Position numbers and translations under genes: made by a program. From contig OZ076414.1 of NCBI GenBank assembly GCA_964187785.1, positions 52,018,001 to 52,082,000 of the forward strand: 64,000 nt of DNA. The letters are read 5' to 3'. This document shows positions 1 through 12,623 of the stretch, one piece after another (within the stretch, counting starts at the first letter, position 1; each line of letters begins with the position of its first letter). The notes beneath the pieces are model-generated. The model made no database searches. It was not told where the DNA came from and saw only the letters and a list, made by a program, of their open reading frames with translations. Source of the DNA: Amphiscolops sp. MND2022. Lineage: Eukaryota.

Positions 1-3000
1 TGAATATCGATAAAGTGCCTGAAATTTTGAAAGCATCAGACGAATGGAAGACTGCTGAGTGCTGCAGCTCCTGGTACCAATGGCGAGCCAAGCAAATTGA
101 ATCAGTCACTGGCATTGTTTCTAACGCGTGTAATCTGCTTCAGATTGGAATAAAAAACGGAATTCAAGGCTTGGCGGAACTCTTGAATGATCTATCTTTC
201 TTCAGCTCAATTATCTATGAAAGCCAGTGTAATATTTTACTTTCCTTTGAGGAGTTTCAAAAAAGTTCAGAGTTTGATCGAATGAATTTGGTTCTGCAGA
301 ACTCATCTGTGGAGACAGTTTGCAGAGACATCCGGAAGTTCATAAAACCCCGTCTGAATACTCTAAGTGTGAAAACTCATGAGCAGTTGTTCAAACAGCT
401 TCTAATTTCTTTATCTTTGTCAGGACTTTCTAAAGTCGTGAAAATTTATGAGGCCTCCAAACCCAATGCGCCCAACCCAATTGAGCCCAATCAGTTATTG
501 TTAATGCGAAATGCAGTTGATTGTATCTACAATTGTCCTAGAACCGATCAACTGGACCAAACATACGCTATTATCAATTGCTTGCCTTTGAAATCATCTG
601 GAAAGTTTGGACCGCAATATGACGAAGTGTTCGATGCAATAGAAACCCTGGAAACCTATTTACAGGCTGCAAGCATTCTTCAGAAGTTCGGCTTGTCCAA
701 ACCTCTCATTGCGTATCAACAAATTGAAATTGACTACTCCGAAAGTGTGAAACTTCTCCGTGAATTGATTGCCACTATTATCAAGCAGCAAAGAATTGCT
801 TCAGCTGAAGATTGTTTCAATTTTTTGGTTCACAGCTTGTTTCAAGTACAGAGAAAACTGACCAAGAAAGTTTCAAGTGTCGAATGTTTCCAAATTTTCG
901 TTACGCAACTCTTGCGATCGGAAAACGTCAAGTTAACCAAACTTGCTTTTCGTTTTTTGACCGTTTCACCGGCTGACAAGGAAATCAAGTTTTCCTATGC
1001 CAACATCGTCTCTTACAAATTACCATTCCAGGAAAGTTGCGAAATATTTCTTACAGTCTCCCAAGAATTCGTTGATTCTGCTTCTTCGGTCAGAGATAGC
1101 TGTATTTTGGCAGCTGTCAATCTACTAAAGAAGATTGAAAATGCTCCAGAGAGTATTGAAAAGGAGAAAAGTTTCATTGATATGCTGATCATACTACAAG
1201 AGTATAACGTGAGTTTACTTCCAGTTGTAATTAGAACGAAGTACGATTTCGAAACATTGGTCAAGTATATTCTTGATGAAAATACGACAGCATACAAAAA
1301 TTGGAAGCGTATGTTGAAAATCGCGTCTTTGTTCAAGTACAACAAAGGTGACAGTACTGTAAATGTTACCGAGTCCGAAAAGAAGGCGAAAATCTGCGCT
1401 TTGGTTGCGGGTCGGTCGTTGGATGACAATTACGTAGACCTTGCTCTAGAAATGTGTTTGATTCTGATAGAACTGGAATGCAAAGATGCCTGGCTCTATT
1501 GTTGGAACCTCGTCCAAATGACAGATTTGAAAGATGTTGAAACCAAACAGAAGCTACTATCATTTGTGACTCTATACTGCCCTGCCGATATCTTGCCTCA
1601 AGTAGTCGAGTTCAAAAACAACCGAAGTGTCATCAGAAAGGTTCTGGGGTCTCAAACTAGTTTCAAGGAAAAAACAGAAACAAGTGATGATAGTAGGAAA
1701 ACATTGTTCCCAGTACTCAATAGGTTGGAAAAAACTGGCAAGACTCTAATCAAGGAAACACAACAAACTACTCAGAGTTTGTTAAAGAAACCATCTGAGC
1801 TGGGTTTATTAAATTTCTCTTGCAGTTCCACAGCAGAAGATTGCAAGCCAAGAGTGAAGTTTAGTTTCTACGACCACGAGGTTCCAACCTTGGAAAATTT
1901 GAAAATGCTCGAAAGTTCGCGAACTAACAAACTAGAGCAATGTTATGTCCAATTGGCTGATTCATGCGCCGATCGTAAAATTTCGGCCGACAGTAGCAAG
2001 GAAGTCAATATGAAAACCAAGACGCTGTTGGAAGAGTGCGCAATTGACTCGTTTCCTAATGACTTCATGTTTTCTTTGGCTTGTTTGCTGGCTTGCAATG
2101 ATTACGAATCAGTGAAACGTTTCCTCGATCGACTGCCCCAAAGCGAGGGAACTTTGCATATGAATATTCTAGCGACAGCTATAATGAACTTGCTTTCGAA
2201 AGAACCAGCAGGCGAATCTCTTTCGTTTTTGAAAAAGACTCCTACAGAAATAATTTCACTTGTGGAAGAGACTGGTGACAATGAAAGGCTACAAAACGCG
2301 ATTCGGAGTCTTCATACGTTTGTCGAATCACACAAATTGTCGGCTCTTAATTCCAGCATTGACGTAACGCGTTTTGAAACAGATGAGGCTTATCGTCTAG
2401 AAACACTGCTGGGTTTAGCCGGATGTAGTGACCCCAAATTGAATTCTCTGGCTTTAGACTTAGCTTCCCGGCACGGGATTGACCAATGGCAGTTGAATTT
2501 GTGCACTTTCAAGCACGTATTCGCCAGCTCGGGAAGTTTGTCAGCTTCTGATGCGAAAAAGTATGTGACAGAGAGAGATTTGGTCTCTAAACTGCGAGAG
2601 AAAGAGGAAATGTTTGTTGCAAAATTGGAAACAGATGTTTTCGAGGAAATTGCAATCAATGATTTGGAAAGACTCCGATTTTTCTTCGAAGTTTTGTCAA
2701 CCTTGAGCGGTTCTTCCAATATGCACCAAAACGCAAAGCTTCATGTTGAAGTTTTATCGTTGTTGAAAACTATCGCTCCATCTATTCCTTACAAGCGAAT
2801 TTTAGTTTCTACTCCTGAAGATGAAGAAGCCATTCATGAAATGATTGCTGAGGTTTGTACACCATCTAATTATGACCAGTTGTCAACCGAGCTCCCGAAA
2901 GTTTCCCAGAATGGACTAAGAATTCAACGAAGCAAAATTATCTGCAGCTATGCCACGAAATTGTTCTTCAAATCTACAGATATCCCATCCAAAATAGAAG

Positions 3001-4436
3001 CAACTAGTACTCTGTTGAAAACTTGCATCGATGCCTTGAAACCCGAAGAATTGAAGAAGTTTGCCGAAATCGCTTGCTACCAGAATGATGAAATTAGAGT
3101 TACGGATTTGAGTTTCATTGCAACGGTTGTCAGAAAGTGTTTGTCTGTAACCAGAAAACTGGTTGGACCCAAAAAGAAGGGAAAACAAAATGCGGATTTG
3201 GTTGAAAAACAGGCTGAAGTGTATGTTGAGAACCTTTTCAACGAAATTGATAGATTGGCTCAGAATAAAGTGATCAACAGTTGGCTCGGATGTGGCGATG
3301 CTCTGAAAACCGGTGCTGCGAAGGCATTTTGGCTCGCCAGAGGTGAAAAAGAAACGATTGATGAAATTCTTGTGGGTTTGGTTTTCGCTGGCATCAATTT
3401 TGAAGATATCAACGATGTTATTACATCTTTGTCGATTGAGTCTAGTCTAACGAGCATTGTTCTATCTTGCATGGAAAGATGTATTGAAGACATCGCCATT
3501 GTCGGCTTAGAAACTATACACCTCAGCGAAACATCGAAACCTTTGATAAACCTATTGTCGAATGTGAGATCCCATCTGAACAATAAAGGACGTTTGATTG
3601 AAGAAACTGAAGTAATTGAGAAGCTGCGACAATTAACATCTCATCAAAACTTGTCGACAGATGCAAAGATTTACTTGCTCGAGAAGTGTGAAGGTTTATT
3701 CAGTTTGAATGACGAAGACTTGAAAAGTTTGCTCCATGTTAGAACGAAAACACTGCTGGGGTCTTTATTCTCTGAGAGCGTTTTCAGTGAAGATGATTTA
3801 AGTTCAGAGGACGGAAGATTCACCCTAGTTTGCGATTTGCTGGATTGCAGTGTACAGGTCGAACAATTTGAAAGACTTCTGCAACTTATCGATGTTTGGC
3901 CCTCGTTTAGACAGTATTCAGGGAATCAGCATCCGATGTACGCCATCTTCTGTAAGTGGATTCAAACGAATCCTGAAAAGGCTTTGCAGCAGCTAACTGT
4001 ATTACTTAATGAGCGAAAGACCGATTCGGTTCTCAAGGACGCTTTTTGCGAAGTCGTCGATTTCTGTTTCGATTCTGGCCTGAAAGAATGTGGTGTAGTC
4101 CTTGGTCTGCAGTTGAATTCATCGTCTGTAGCATCCAAAATCGTCAAAATTTTGAATGACCCAGAAATTGAACTGGAGTTGCCAGTATCCATATTCCCAG
4201 ACCTCGTATCTTGTGGAATCTTGCCCAAGATAGTCAATTCAAAATTCTATGAAATAGTGGTTGATTACGTAATTGAAGAACAAAACAGGGAGTTGATGGA
4301 CAAAATTGTGCAACAATTGAACCAAGATGGATTTGAAATTGAAGCTGCAGATATACTCAGTCGTTACTCTGACGTTCATCCTACATTCAGTACTATTAGT
4401 GCCTCAATAAATTATTTAAAGTCTTGGCTTAGATAA
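1..4436 (+). CDS. NBAS: NBAS (neuroblastoma-amplified sequence, Sec39-like), large terminal coding exon, 5'-partial
   Basis: The frame is open from the window edge to TAA at 4434-4436 (1473 aa from the GTG in the track, which is not a real start). RFETDEAYRLETLLGLAG, ADILSRYSDVHPTFSTI and related segments recall the metazoan NBAS C-terminal half. AATAAA overlaps the stop (4435-4440). Confidence 0.85.
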   Translation, partial: NIDKVPEILKASDEWKTAECCSSWYQWRAKQIESVTGIVSNACNLLQIGIKNGIQGLAELLNDLSFFSSIIYESQCNILLSFEEFQKSSEFDRMNLVLQNSSVETVCRDIRKFIKPRLNTLSVKTHEQLFKQLLISLSLSGLSKVVKIYEASKPNAPNPIEPNQLLLMRNAVDCIYNCPRTDQLDQTYAIINCLPLKSSGKFGPQYDEVFDAIETLETYLQAASILQKFGLSKPLIAYQQIEIDYSESVKLLRELIATIIKQQRIASAEDCFNFLVHSLFQVQRKLTKKVSSVECFQIFVTQLLRSENVKLTKLAFRFLTVSPADKEIKFSYANIVSYKLPFQESCEIFLTVSQEFVDSASSVRDSCILAAVNLLKKIENAPESIEKEKSFIDMLIILQEYNVSLLPVVIRTKYDFETLVKYILDENTTAYKNWKRMLKIASLFKYNKGDSTVNVTESEKKAKICALVAGRSLDDNYVDLALEMCLILIELECKDAWLYCWNLVQMTDLKDVETKQKLLSFVTLYCPADILPQVVEFKNNRSVIRKVLGSQTSFKEKTETSDDSRKTLFPVLNRLEKTGKTLIKETQQTTQSLLKKPSELGLLNFSCSSTAEDCKPRVKFSFYDHEVPTLENLKMLESSRTNKLEQCYVQLADSCADRKISADSSKEVNMKTKTLLEECAIDSFPNDFMFSLACLLACNDYESVKRFLDRLPQSEGTLHMNILATAIMNLLSKEPAGESLSFLKKTPTEIISLVEETGDNERLQNAIRSLHTFVESHKLSALNSSIDVTRFETDEAYRLETLLGLAGCSDPKLNSLALDLASRHGIDQWQLNLCTFKHVFASSGSLSASDAKKYVTERDLVSKLREKEEMFVAKLETDVFEEIAINDLERLRFFFEVLSTLSGSSNMHQNAKLHVEVLSLLKTIAPSIPYKRILVSTPEDEEAIHEMIAEVCTPSNYDQLSTELPKVSQNGLRIQRSKIICSYATKLFFKSTDIPSKIEATSTLLKTCIDALKPEELKKFAEIACYQNDEIRVTDLSFIATVVRKCLSVTRKLVGPKKKGKQNADLVEKQAEVYVENLFNEIDRLAQNKVINSWLGCGDALKTGAAKAFWLARGEKETIDEILVGLVFAGINFEDINDVITSLSIESSLTSIVLSCMERCIEDIAIVGLETIHLSETSKPLINLLSNVRSHLNNKGRLIEETEVIEKLRQLTSHQNLSTDAKIYLLEKCEGLFSLNDEDLKSLLHVRTKTLLGSLFSESVFSEDDLSSEDGRFTLVCDLLDCSVQVEQFERLLQLIDVWPSFRQYSGNQHPMYAIFCKWIQTNPEKALQQLTVLLNERKTDSVLKDAFCEVVDFCFDSGLKECGVVLGLQLNSSSVASKIVKILNDPEIELELPVSIFPDLVSCGILPKIVNSKFYEIVVDYVIEEQNRELMDKIVQQLNQDGFEIEAADILSRYSDVHPTFSTISASINYLKSWLR

Positions 4437-5186
4437 TAAATGAGTATATCTATTGTAAATATTTCTAATTTTGGTTATTGTTTTGGTTCTAGAATCCTGA
4501 TTTGGTGTTACAGAAGAATTATATAATTTTTAAAATTTTTTACCGAGTTGCTGTAAAATACTAGCTAGCTGTGAACGTTTTTATTCAGAGTAGTGTTAAG
4601 AGTGAATATAAAACGAGCTCTTTGTGCTCAAGCAAATTTTTGGCAGAAGTTTGACTGTTCAGTTCCATTATTTCACTTTATTTTACAGGTTTTGTAGCCG
4701 AATCAGTTGCATACAAGTTTACTCATGAAGACTAAGCAAAAATTTTTACCAGTATTTGGGAAAAGTATTTAAGACTCCGAATTTCAAGTTCAGTCTATAG
4801 AAAGTCTTTCGTTTTGCTACCATATTCCGGTTTTTAGTCTGTGCTTTTTTGTGAGAAAGAGTGCCTGACTCTTACAGTGGCAAGTTTTTCAGAAACATCA
4901 ACATAGTTTATAAGCGATAGTTATAATTTTGCTACGGTTTCGTTTCTTTAACAAAGTTTTTAGTTTCGTTCCATTATCGAAGCTAGATCTAACATGGATG
5001 TCTACAAAACGCGAATACGAAACCACAGTTTATTAGGATGCAGGTTTTTCTTCATTCGAGTTCGTCCATGGGAAATTTTTACTATTTGTTGGTAAAGCTG
5101 TTCATTTCAGATATTTTTGTATGCTGTAAAACCACCGATTTGAAATATCCGATTATTACACGGAGGTCAAGGGGAAACAGTTGAAC

Positions 5187-5434
5187 ATGCCAGCCAGTGA
5201 CGACATCAAAGTTGGCACCAAAGTTGAAGTGACTGGAAAAGACTGGCGCGGAGTGGTTGCCTTTTGTGGAGTGACCAGTTTTGCTGCTGGAAAATGGGTC
5301 GGTGTCGTTTTGGACCAGCCCAATGGAAAAAACAATGGCTCTGTGCAGGGGAAGACTTACTTCTCTTGTCAGGACAACTACGGTCTGTTTGTTCGACCGA
5401 CCCAACTGACAATTCTAGAAGAAGCACCCTCCAG
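5187..5434 (+). CDS. DCTN1: Dynactin subunit 1 (p150Glued) exon 1, CAP-Gly domain
   Basis: ATG at 5187; CAP-Gly motif GKWVGVVLDQPNGKNNGSVQGKTYF; donor CCAG|GTATAA, phase 2. Confidence 0.95.
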
Positions 5435-5665
5435 GTATAAATAATTATGTGGATGCGTGAATGAAGGTTCAAATTTCTGTTCCAACTTTGGTGCGATGAG
5501 ATTCTTGTTCCTAGAAACTGTTGTATAGATCTTCTAAGTGAATTCCACAACTTTTTTGTTTTTGTCTCATTGACGCCTAAATTTTCGATATTTTAAATTC
5601 GTGAATAATAATCTCATACTGTCAAACCACATCAAATTAGTTAAATTTGTTATTTTTTGGTTCAG

Positions 5666-5846
5666 CGTGAGTAGTACCCCATCTCGCCCTACAGCCAAGA
5701 CCCCCTCGAAGCCGACCCCAAGCGCTGGCAGTAAACTTAATGTTCCCTCCAAGTCCGGAAGACCCTCTGGTGGAGGCCAATCTGGCATGATGAAGTCAGG
5801 TAGCACAGCATCCCTCGCTTCTGACCACGGAGGTGAAGCTGAAAAG
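5666..5846 (+). CDS. DCTN1: DCTN1 exon 2 (Ser/Pro/basic linker)
   Basis: Acceptor TTCAG|C, donor AAG|GTAAGT; phase matches exons 1 and 3. Confidence 0.85.
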
Positions 5847-6025
5847 GTAAGTCGTGCCGCTGCACTTGTGTGTATTTAGCATTTAAGATTTCGAGAAGTA
5901 TCCGGCTCCATTACAAATAACCTTTCACGCTAGAAGTTCCAATGGTAGGAATCATATTTCTAAGAAATCATACATACATCATTTCCCCATTTGCTTATCA
6001 ATATTTTTGCGTCAGCTGAAATGTT

Positions 6026-6600
6026 AACAAGCCGGGAACGGCATAAGTCGGCGCCATATCTAAGGCTCAAAAATAGCAAAAGGTCAATGAAAGTGTAAAA
6101 AACTTAAAGTCAAACTCACAAAAAGAGTATCAAACTCTCGAAAAAACCTGGCGCGCTAAAAGGGGGATCCTTTTGCATTTTTTAACATCCATTGTTGCAA
6201 AACATCAAAAAATTGAAGGGTGAAAAAATTGGTGTAAAAAAATTTCCGAAAAAGTCTCACGATGCCGAAAAAACTGAAAGGGGGGGCCCTTTGGGATTTT
6301 TCAACATCCATTTTGTCGCAAAACATCAAAAAGTGATGGGGGCCCTTTGGGGAAAATTTTTTTTCGAAAAGTCTTACAATCTGAAAAAACTGAAAAAAAC
6401 TACCATTTAGTCTCTCCCGGTATGGTATGTTACGCGGAAAAAGGAAAAACCTTTTTGGTTCAGTTCGCTAGGCCAAATGAGTCAATTTGGAACCATAAAA
6501 TTGTGTAGAACTTTTAAGAACTATTTGGTCAGTTCGTGTGGATTGAAAAAAAAGAGTCACTATAATAGTCGCGTTTGACTTCATGAAGCACCGACTAAAA
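6026..6600 (-). mobile_element. Non-autonomous Helentron-type (HINE-like) element, family 1
   Basis: Reverse complement of the family-1 ends: 5' TTTAGTCGG and 3' GCGCCGACTT...CCCGGCTTGTT. Confidence 0.65.
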
Positions 6601-7529
6601 ATCCGTGAATGTGGTTTTTCCGGACTTCTATCGTTCCACTTTCATTGACAATTCTGGTAGTGGTGAGGCAGCGCTACTCCGAGTCTTTCGCTAGCTTTTT
6701 AAATTCTCGCAGCAGTGCTTTCATTGATAAAGTAGTGGAGTTCATTATCAACTGATTCATTTTAGCGCTATCCCAGTGGACTGCAGTATCCAAAGGTGGT
6801 AATGTAAAAGCTAATGCTCTACTAGAACTCTTATTTATGCTTGTTTTTAATTAACTCACTGTAAGCTGTCATGAATTGGTTCCATTGTAGAACTTATTAC
6901 TTGCTGATCGCATAGAGTTACTCCAGTGATGCAAATATTTAGTTTTTAATCAACTTCCTAATATTGAAATGATTGACGCTGGAAACATCTTCTGCATCGG
7001 TAAAATATTTCATAAATAAACTTTCTGTCTCTAACGTTCAATACTCGCTAATATTTCTTCTCTCTAAAGAAACTAGCAAAGCTGATTTCCTTTCAAAGCC
7101 TTTTTGCGATGACAAAAAAACATATAGCATGTTTTAAAGCCTTCAGCATTTTTAGTCTTCTTTTAGTTTTAATTCATGTCAAGTAGACAGGGAAGGTCAT
7201 TCGATGTTTTACTGTCTGATTTTTTACAAAGATAGATGAGTCCGTTGTTGCCAGGGATGTCAAAAGATAAATGTCAAAACAATTATTACCCATAAAATTA
7301 GGGAAATAATTTGTTTTTGGAAAATTACTTTTGAAAAGTTTTTTCTCACTCAGTTATTCTTTTTCAGCACAATATGTTGCATAAGCTCAATAAAATTTTT
7401 CAAGTCGGTTTCAATAAATTTTTGCAATACCTGAAATCCTCCAATCCGATTGAAGTAGGCTTGAAATGATTCGACTACAAACAAGCAATTGCTATTAGAA
7501 ATCTTTAACACGGTGTATGTTTTTCCCAG

Positions 7530-7863
7530 CCCATTAAAAAAGAACCAACCTCGACTCCCGTCGCCGCCCCTCCCCCTCACTCTCTGGGGGACAGCAAAGA
7601 GAAGGGGAAGAAAGCAAGCGATGACAAGTTGCCCCAGGAACCCAGTGCTGCAGAGTTGGCCCCTGTCAGTGTGAATCTTCCTCCCCCCGGGGGTGCCACT
7701 ACTGACGTGGCCCTCGTAGCCGAAAACGAAGTCCTCCGAGGACAGATTCAGGACTTGACTGAAAAGTTGAATACGCTCAAAGTGAAGCGGGCTGAAGATA
7801 GGGAAAAGCTCCGTGATTATGGGACGTTGAAGATGCAAGCCGCTTTGGTACCTGATTTCAAAG
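7530..7863 (+). CDS. DCTN1: DCTN1 exon 3 (start of coiled coil 1)
   Basis: Acceptor TTTTCCCAG|, reads PIKKEPT...LTEKLNTLKVKRAEDREKL (cf. p150 LEEKLETLRLKRAEDKAKL); donor AAAG|GTTAG, phase 1. Confidence 0.9.
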
Positions 7864-8152
7864 GTTAGCGAGAGACTTTTCTGAGGACGTTGTCAGAAAT
7901 TGTTAGATGAAGCATTTTGAAGGTATCTACCGTGAAACTAGCACAGGCACTGGAAACTTCGAAAAACGTTTTTTAGGATCCGAGAAAGCTAGCATTAAAA
8001 ATAAGCAAGTTTCTGTCCTAGTTACTTTTTGGGACCATCCTTATTGCCGATTTTTTGCACATGACGAAGTCAATGTGCATTTCAGTCCAGCTAAGTAAGT
8101 TTTTTTTCCACAATAGTCAACTTCACAATGAGCGCCTTTTAGATAAAAGCCA

Positions 8153-8225
8153 AAACCCCAGAGAGATTCGAACCTGCAGCCTGCCGATTGCACGGCATGA
8201 GTGTTGACCACTGTGCCATAGGGAC
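8153..8225 (-). pseudogene. tRNA-derived sequence (SINE head or tRNA pseudogene, Ala/Cys-like)
   Basis: A box TGGCACAGTGG, B box GGTTCGAATC, stem TGCCG/CGGCA with a 6-nt loop; T stem and acceptor stem are mismatched. Confidence 0.5.
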
Positions 8226-8473
8226 GTTATTGAACAAAGTTGAACTGTTGAATATATACGCATGCGATTAAAATAATATATACGCATATTAAAATAATAG
8301 ATGTCTTCGTCATGTGTTGCGAAGCACCGCTTCGCCTCTGTGTTAATATCATCAAGATCTTATTCCATGTCTTTCAGAATAGACAAAATGCAGTGAGTTA
8401 ATATGACCTACCTAATTTTGCGCGGAACGAGAAATATTCAATTTTAGAATTAGAAAAAAGGTAGTTCATTTAG

Positions 8474-8888
8474 AACAAGACGAGAACGTTTCAAATCGGC
8501 GTCCCACTTAAGGCTCAAAAAGCTCAGTCTCATCAAAATGCTCGGGATGGCTCTTATGAAATTTTCAGATTTCAAAGTGCCAAAAAATGGAATGGCGTCT
8601 TTTGAGCTCAAAAAACATTTTCATTAACTGAAAACATCAAAATACGCAAAATGATGGAAAAAATCATTTTCGCGGAAAAAAATTCGTGAAAAGTCGCACA
8701 GTACAGAAAAAACTAAGATAACTCTAGTAAAACTATAAAACACTGAAAGGAGTACTCTCGGCCTCTTTGGGTACACCTTAGGACTTAGGCGTAAAAAGTG
8801 GACCATTCAGTGTGAGGTCTGTGGTCTGGCGAAAAAAACTTGCCATTGTAAAAGTCGGGCACTTTTTGTTTCAGAAAGCGCCGACTAA
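8474..8888 (-). mobile_element. HINE-like family 1 copy
   Basis: CCGACTAA at the right end and AACAAGACGAGAACG...AATCGGCGT at the left end. Confidence 0.55.
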
Positions 8889-9260
8889 TAAGACGCCGGT
8901 CCTGAAAATTTTAGCGACATAAAATGTTTAAGGTTCCAGCGTATAAAATATTTGAAAAAGCAGTATGTGCTTTTTCGGAATTAGAACTTAACTTAGATCT
9001 TGCTATGTAAACCGTATACTGTACAGCTAATAACTTTGTCGAAATGAAGGGTTTTCCAAATGTGCCGCTTTTGATAGTTCTTCGCATTGTGCACCTGAAA
9101 TGTTCTTTTTCTCAACCTTACCTTTTTATTACTTTTATGTTTCTATCATGCCAATAGAATACCTATTGAAAACATCCAAGTTTTTTCTTTGAACATTTTT
9201 TACCACCGCAAAATTGGAGATGCAAAATTCGGTCAATTATTATTTCTGAATTCAACTTTT

Positions 9261-9708
9261 TTTTCAGTTAATTTTCGTCTGATTACGAGTGACTACTGAA
9301 AAATTCAGATATTTTGTTCGGCAGTGAGTATAAGCGTGAGTTTTAAATTTCTCAAGCTGCTGACGACAATTCGTTTCTCGTGCGATGAAACGAGCGAGTG
9401 GTAATTATGCATTCGTACGCCGAATTCATTGAGAAGCCAGCGAATGTTCGTAATTGTTTTCGTACACCTAGAGATAAAGTGAACGAGTGTTAATTATTCG
9501 TTCGCCGAGAGCTTCGCCTGCATTGAAATGCGAATGCGAAATTTCGTCTACGCTTAGTAGTTATATTTTTTTAGTCCGAGAAGATTTAAAGGCGGTGTGA
9601 ACTGGTATAGTGATTAATTGTGCGCTATATAAATGATTAAGATATGCTTCTATTATTGAACATGAAAGGCCTAAAAGCAGAAATAATACTGTGCCTCGCA
9701 GGGGCCTT
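9261..9708 (+). mobile_element. HINE-like family 3 copy
   Basis: Colinear with 59499-59986; 3' ATACTGTGCCTCGCAGGGGCC. Confidence 0.6.
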
Positions 9709-10229
9709 TTTGGAAATAAAGTGTTATTATGGTTTAGGCTCTTTGTACGAGTTCTCTCAAATGAGGGTCCAAATACAGAAGCAAAAAATATAATACACGA
9801 ACCATCGGTTTCCGTGAAGTTACCCGTGAAGTTCATGGGGTCATCATGAATGAAAGCTTAGGTGTTTTAAAATATCGAAATCTTATGATTGTCTTTCATG
9901 AAGGAAAAATGCCAAGATTGAGTTTATGTGACGCATGAAACTTCTTAAAATAGCGTTGGTATCGAAATTCAAATTACGAAAATCAAAATTAATCGGAATC
10001 CGAAGCCAAGTTCGGTAATCACATGCAAAATGCCGGTTTTTAAATTTTTCACCATCAAGTTTGTTTTCAGAAATTCCAAACATTTTTTCTTGTTCCCAAC
10101 GTTCAAAGTGTCCAAAAACAGTATTAAATGGCATTTTCATCTGAAAAAGATGAATGCTTCAAAAAAAACTCTAAAATGACGTACCGTTTGAAAACATGCC
10201 AACCATGATGTGAACTGTTTTTTTTTCAG

Positions 10230-10536
10230 CCAAAATCAGCGAGCTGCAGAAAGACTTACAAGCAGCCCAGAAGAAGGCAGAGGACACTGAGGAGCAGTAT
10301 AAATCGAAACTGGAAGAGTTCCAGGACGTGGGGGACACTATGGAGATGTTGACCCTGGACAAAGAGATGGCCGAAGAAAGGTGCGACACGTTGAAGTACG
10401 AGAACGAGGCACTTATGATCAGAGTGAAGGAGCTGGAGCTGGATCTGAAGGTAATAAAAGAGGAAATTGAGAGTCGTGGAACCGAAGGAGCTGCCTCTGA
10501 TTACCAGTACAAGCAACTGGAAGCTCAATACAACAG
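10230..10536 (+). CDS. DCTN1: DCTN1 exon 4
   Basis: Acceptor TTTTCAG|, MEMLTLDKEMAEERCDTL (conserved p150 motif), donor CAG|GTAATA. Confidence 0.93.
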
Positions 10537-10671
10537 GTAATAAGCTTCCCCTTTTTAAAATTGCGCACTTTACTAAAATCTAGCTAACGAATATGATCTA
10601 ATAATAATTAGCCAACCCCGTCATCTCGTTTAAAGTTGTACCCTTCATTGGTTAGTGATACTTAGTTTGCT

Positions 10672-11410
10672 GTTGTCGGCGCTTTTTTAGAGTCAACTAT
10701 AGTCATGGCTTTTCGTCAGTTTTTTTTCGATGCACCTGAACTGTCCAAAATAGTTCTACCAAAAGTTCTACCCTTCAATTTTGGCAATCTACATGCTACG
10801 TTTGAACAGTAAAGGAGTCCCCTTCGACAATAACAACCTTTGAACAGTAAAGGAGTCCCCTTCGACAATAACAACCTATACCGGGTTTAACGCAAACTGG
10901 ATATAACTTATTCCGGGTATACGTTTCTTGGAGAATTTTTCAGTTACAAAAGGGTTCCCCTTTCAATTTTTACGATATTTAGAGTTGATACAAAATCATT
11001 TGAAGCCACAGGGCCCCCCTTTGGATTTTTTGGTGTGGTGAGACCTTATTCTTTTCTATTTAAACGAATAGCTGTTTTATTCTCAATACTTTATTATACA
11101 TTGTTAATGCTTTTTTTGAAACTTTCATTTAGTCAAAAGGTTTCCTCCCGCTTTCATGGCGGATTTCGACTTTAGAAAAGGTAGTTTTTCGAGCTGAAAG
11201 TTCTTTTTTGGCACTATAAATTTTTTCTAAAAAATCGATTTTTTTCGAAAAATAGTTTTTTGTTTCCAGATTGAGAAAATGTGGTTTCCGAGTCATATGC
11301 GTATCCTTTGTGTATTTTTCGGTACTGAAAAAGTGATAAAATTTTAAAACAGTGTCCTTTTCATATTCAAGAAACTTGAGCGGGGTGCCGACTTGTAAGT
11401 TCTTGTTGTT
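10672..11410 (+). mobile_element. HINE-like family 1 copy (diverged; internal 38-bp duplication at 10801-10877)
   Basis: TGTCGGCG at the start and GTGCCGACTTG...TTGTT at the end; boundaries approximate. Confidence 0.45.
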
Positions 11411-11916
11411 GAAATTTACAATTTCATGAAATTGTTTGAAACAATTTTGTTTTCCGATTCCCGGCCAGGGTTGCGAAACAGCTACTTAGTGGTTTAGCGA
11501 ATTACCGAAGCAACGAGGTTTCATTAACGAATTGATTTAACGGTAGCTGTTTTAGTAGCGATTTTTCATGAGTGCGCAGAACAATCGCTCCATACATATT
11601 GTTTCGAGAAAACTGGCTTACACAAAGGGATCATGTAAAACCTACCGAAACCATTTGACTGCTTCTTGGAAGTGCTGAAAAATGGTACACAACGTTTTTT
11701 GGTTTTATCTATAAACAACCGCATGTCAGTCTTGTCCCTGTTCTTTGAAAAAGTGTTTCTATTTGTAGCTGTCAACCAGCAAAATATGATATGTTCTACA
11801 TGATAAGCGATAAGCGGGTGAAATTAGCGATGTCACAACTCTTTTCCCGACCTATGATAGATTTTTTTTATCGAATATCTATCTCATTGTTTAGTTCTTG
11901 TCTATTCATGTTGAAG

Positions 11917-12168
11917 GCAAAAAGAAGCATTGCTGAGACTGCGAGACTTGATGGCCCAGGAGAACGCTCTTAAAGACAATCTGGCGAAAGAGAACAAACG
12001 TCTGGAAGGCATCGTGACGTCACTGACTGCAGAGAAAGAAAAAATGGCGACTGACAAGAAAGCGCTGGAAGATGATTTGGGAGGTCTTAGAGAGACTGTG
12101 GATGCTGCGTTCGGATCTGAGAAGATGATCGATATGTTGACTGCGAGAAATTTGGAATTAGAAGACAG
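11917..12168 (+). CDS. DCTN1: DCTN1 exon 5
   Basis: Acceptor TTGAAG|G, RQKEALLRLRDL...VDAAFGSEKMIDMLTARNLELEDR, donor CAG|GTAGTT. Confidence 0.92.
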
Positions 12169-12623
12169 GTAGTTGATTTTAGAACATGTTTAATTTGAAC
12201 TGAAGACCATGTGATGACATGTGAAAGTTAATCTTTTCGTACTTCAAAAGTTTCATTCTTTAGCACAACTTCACCGGAAGTTTCACATTTATATGAATTG
12301 TTGATGTCAAGATTACTTTCATATAATATAAAAATGATTGTTTTCTGCGAATTTCCCAAGCTTTAAAGATGAATTTAATCGAAACGAATACCGGGCGCTT
12401 TTAGGCTACTAAACATACGTTTGGTGTCGAAATTTTGAAACAGTATTTTGTCTAGTAATTCTACAAAGCGTGTATACTTCGTTTTCGAAAAAAAATTGTG
12501 AACTTATCAAATGTACCAAGATGAAATTTGAAATTGATGAATTTTAATTTTTTGAGGTTTTCATATTAGTTCATGTGACGGGGAACTTTGACTACCTTAT
12601 ATTGAATGATTTCATCTTTGCAG

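Noticed and set aside
15-17. GTG start for NBAS; likewise TTG/GTG starts at 5181, 18113, 28748, 36732, 39727 and 58912
   Set aside because: This is a eukaryotic locus. These are ORF-caller artefacts, and the real boundaries are splice sites or downstream ATGs.
1013-4237. Minus-strand ORFs over NBAS (and those over DCTN1, SART3, EAF, CHID1)
   Set aside because: Antisense shadows of long coding exons with no recognisable motifs.
6192-6410. Lys/Phe-rich short ORFs in repeats (also 16028, 17673-18097, 47245-48019, 58327-58654)
   Set aside because: Chance ORFs in A/T-run-rich HINE interiors.
8153-8225. Functional tRNA gene
   Set aside because: 6-nt anticodon loop and unpaired T stem; better read as a pseudogene or SINE head.
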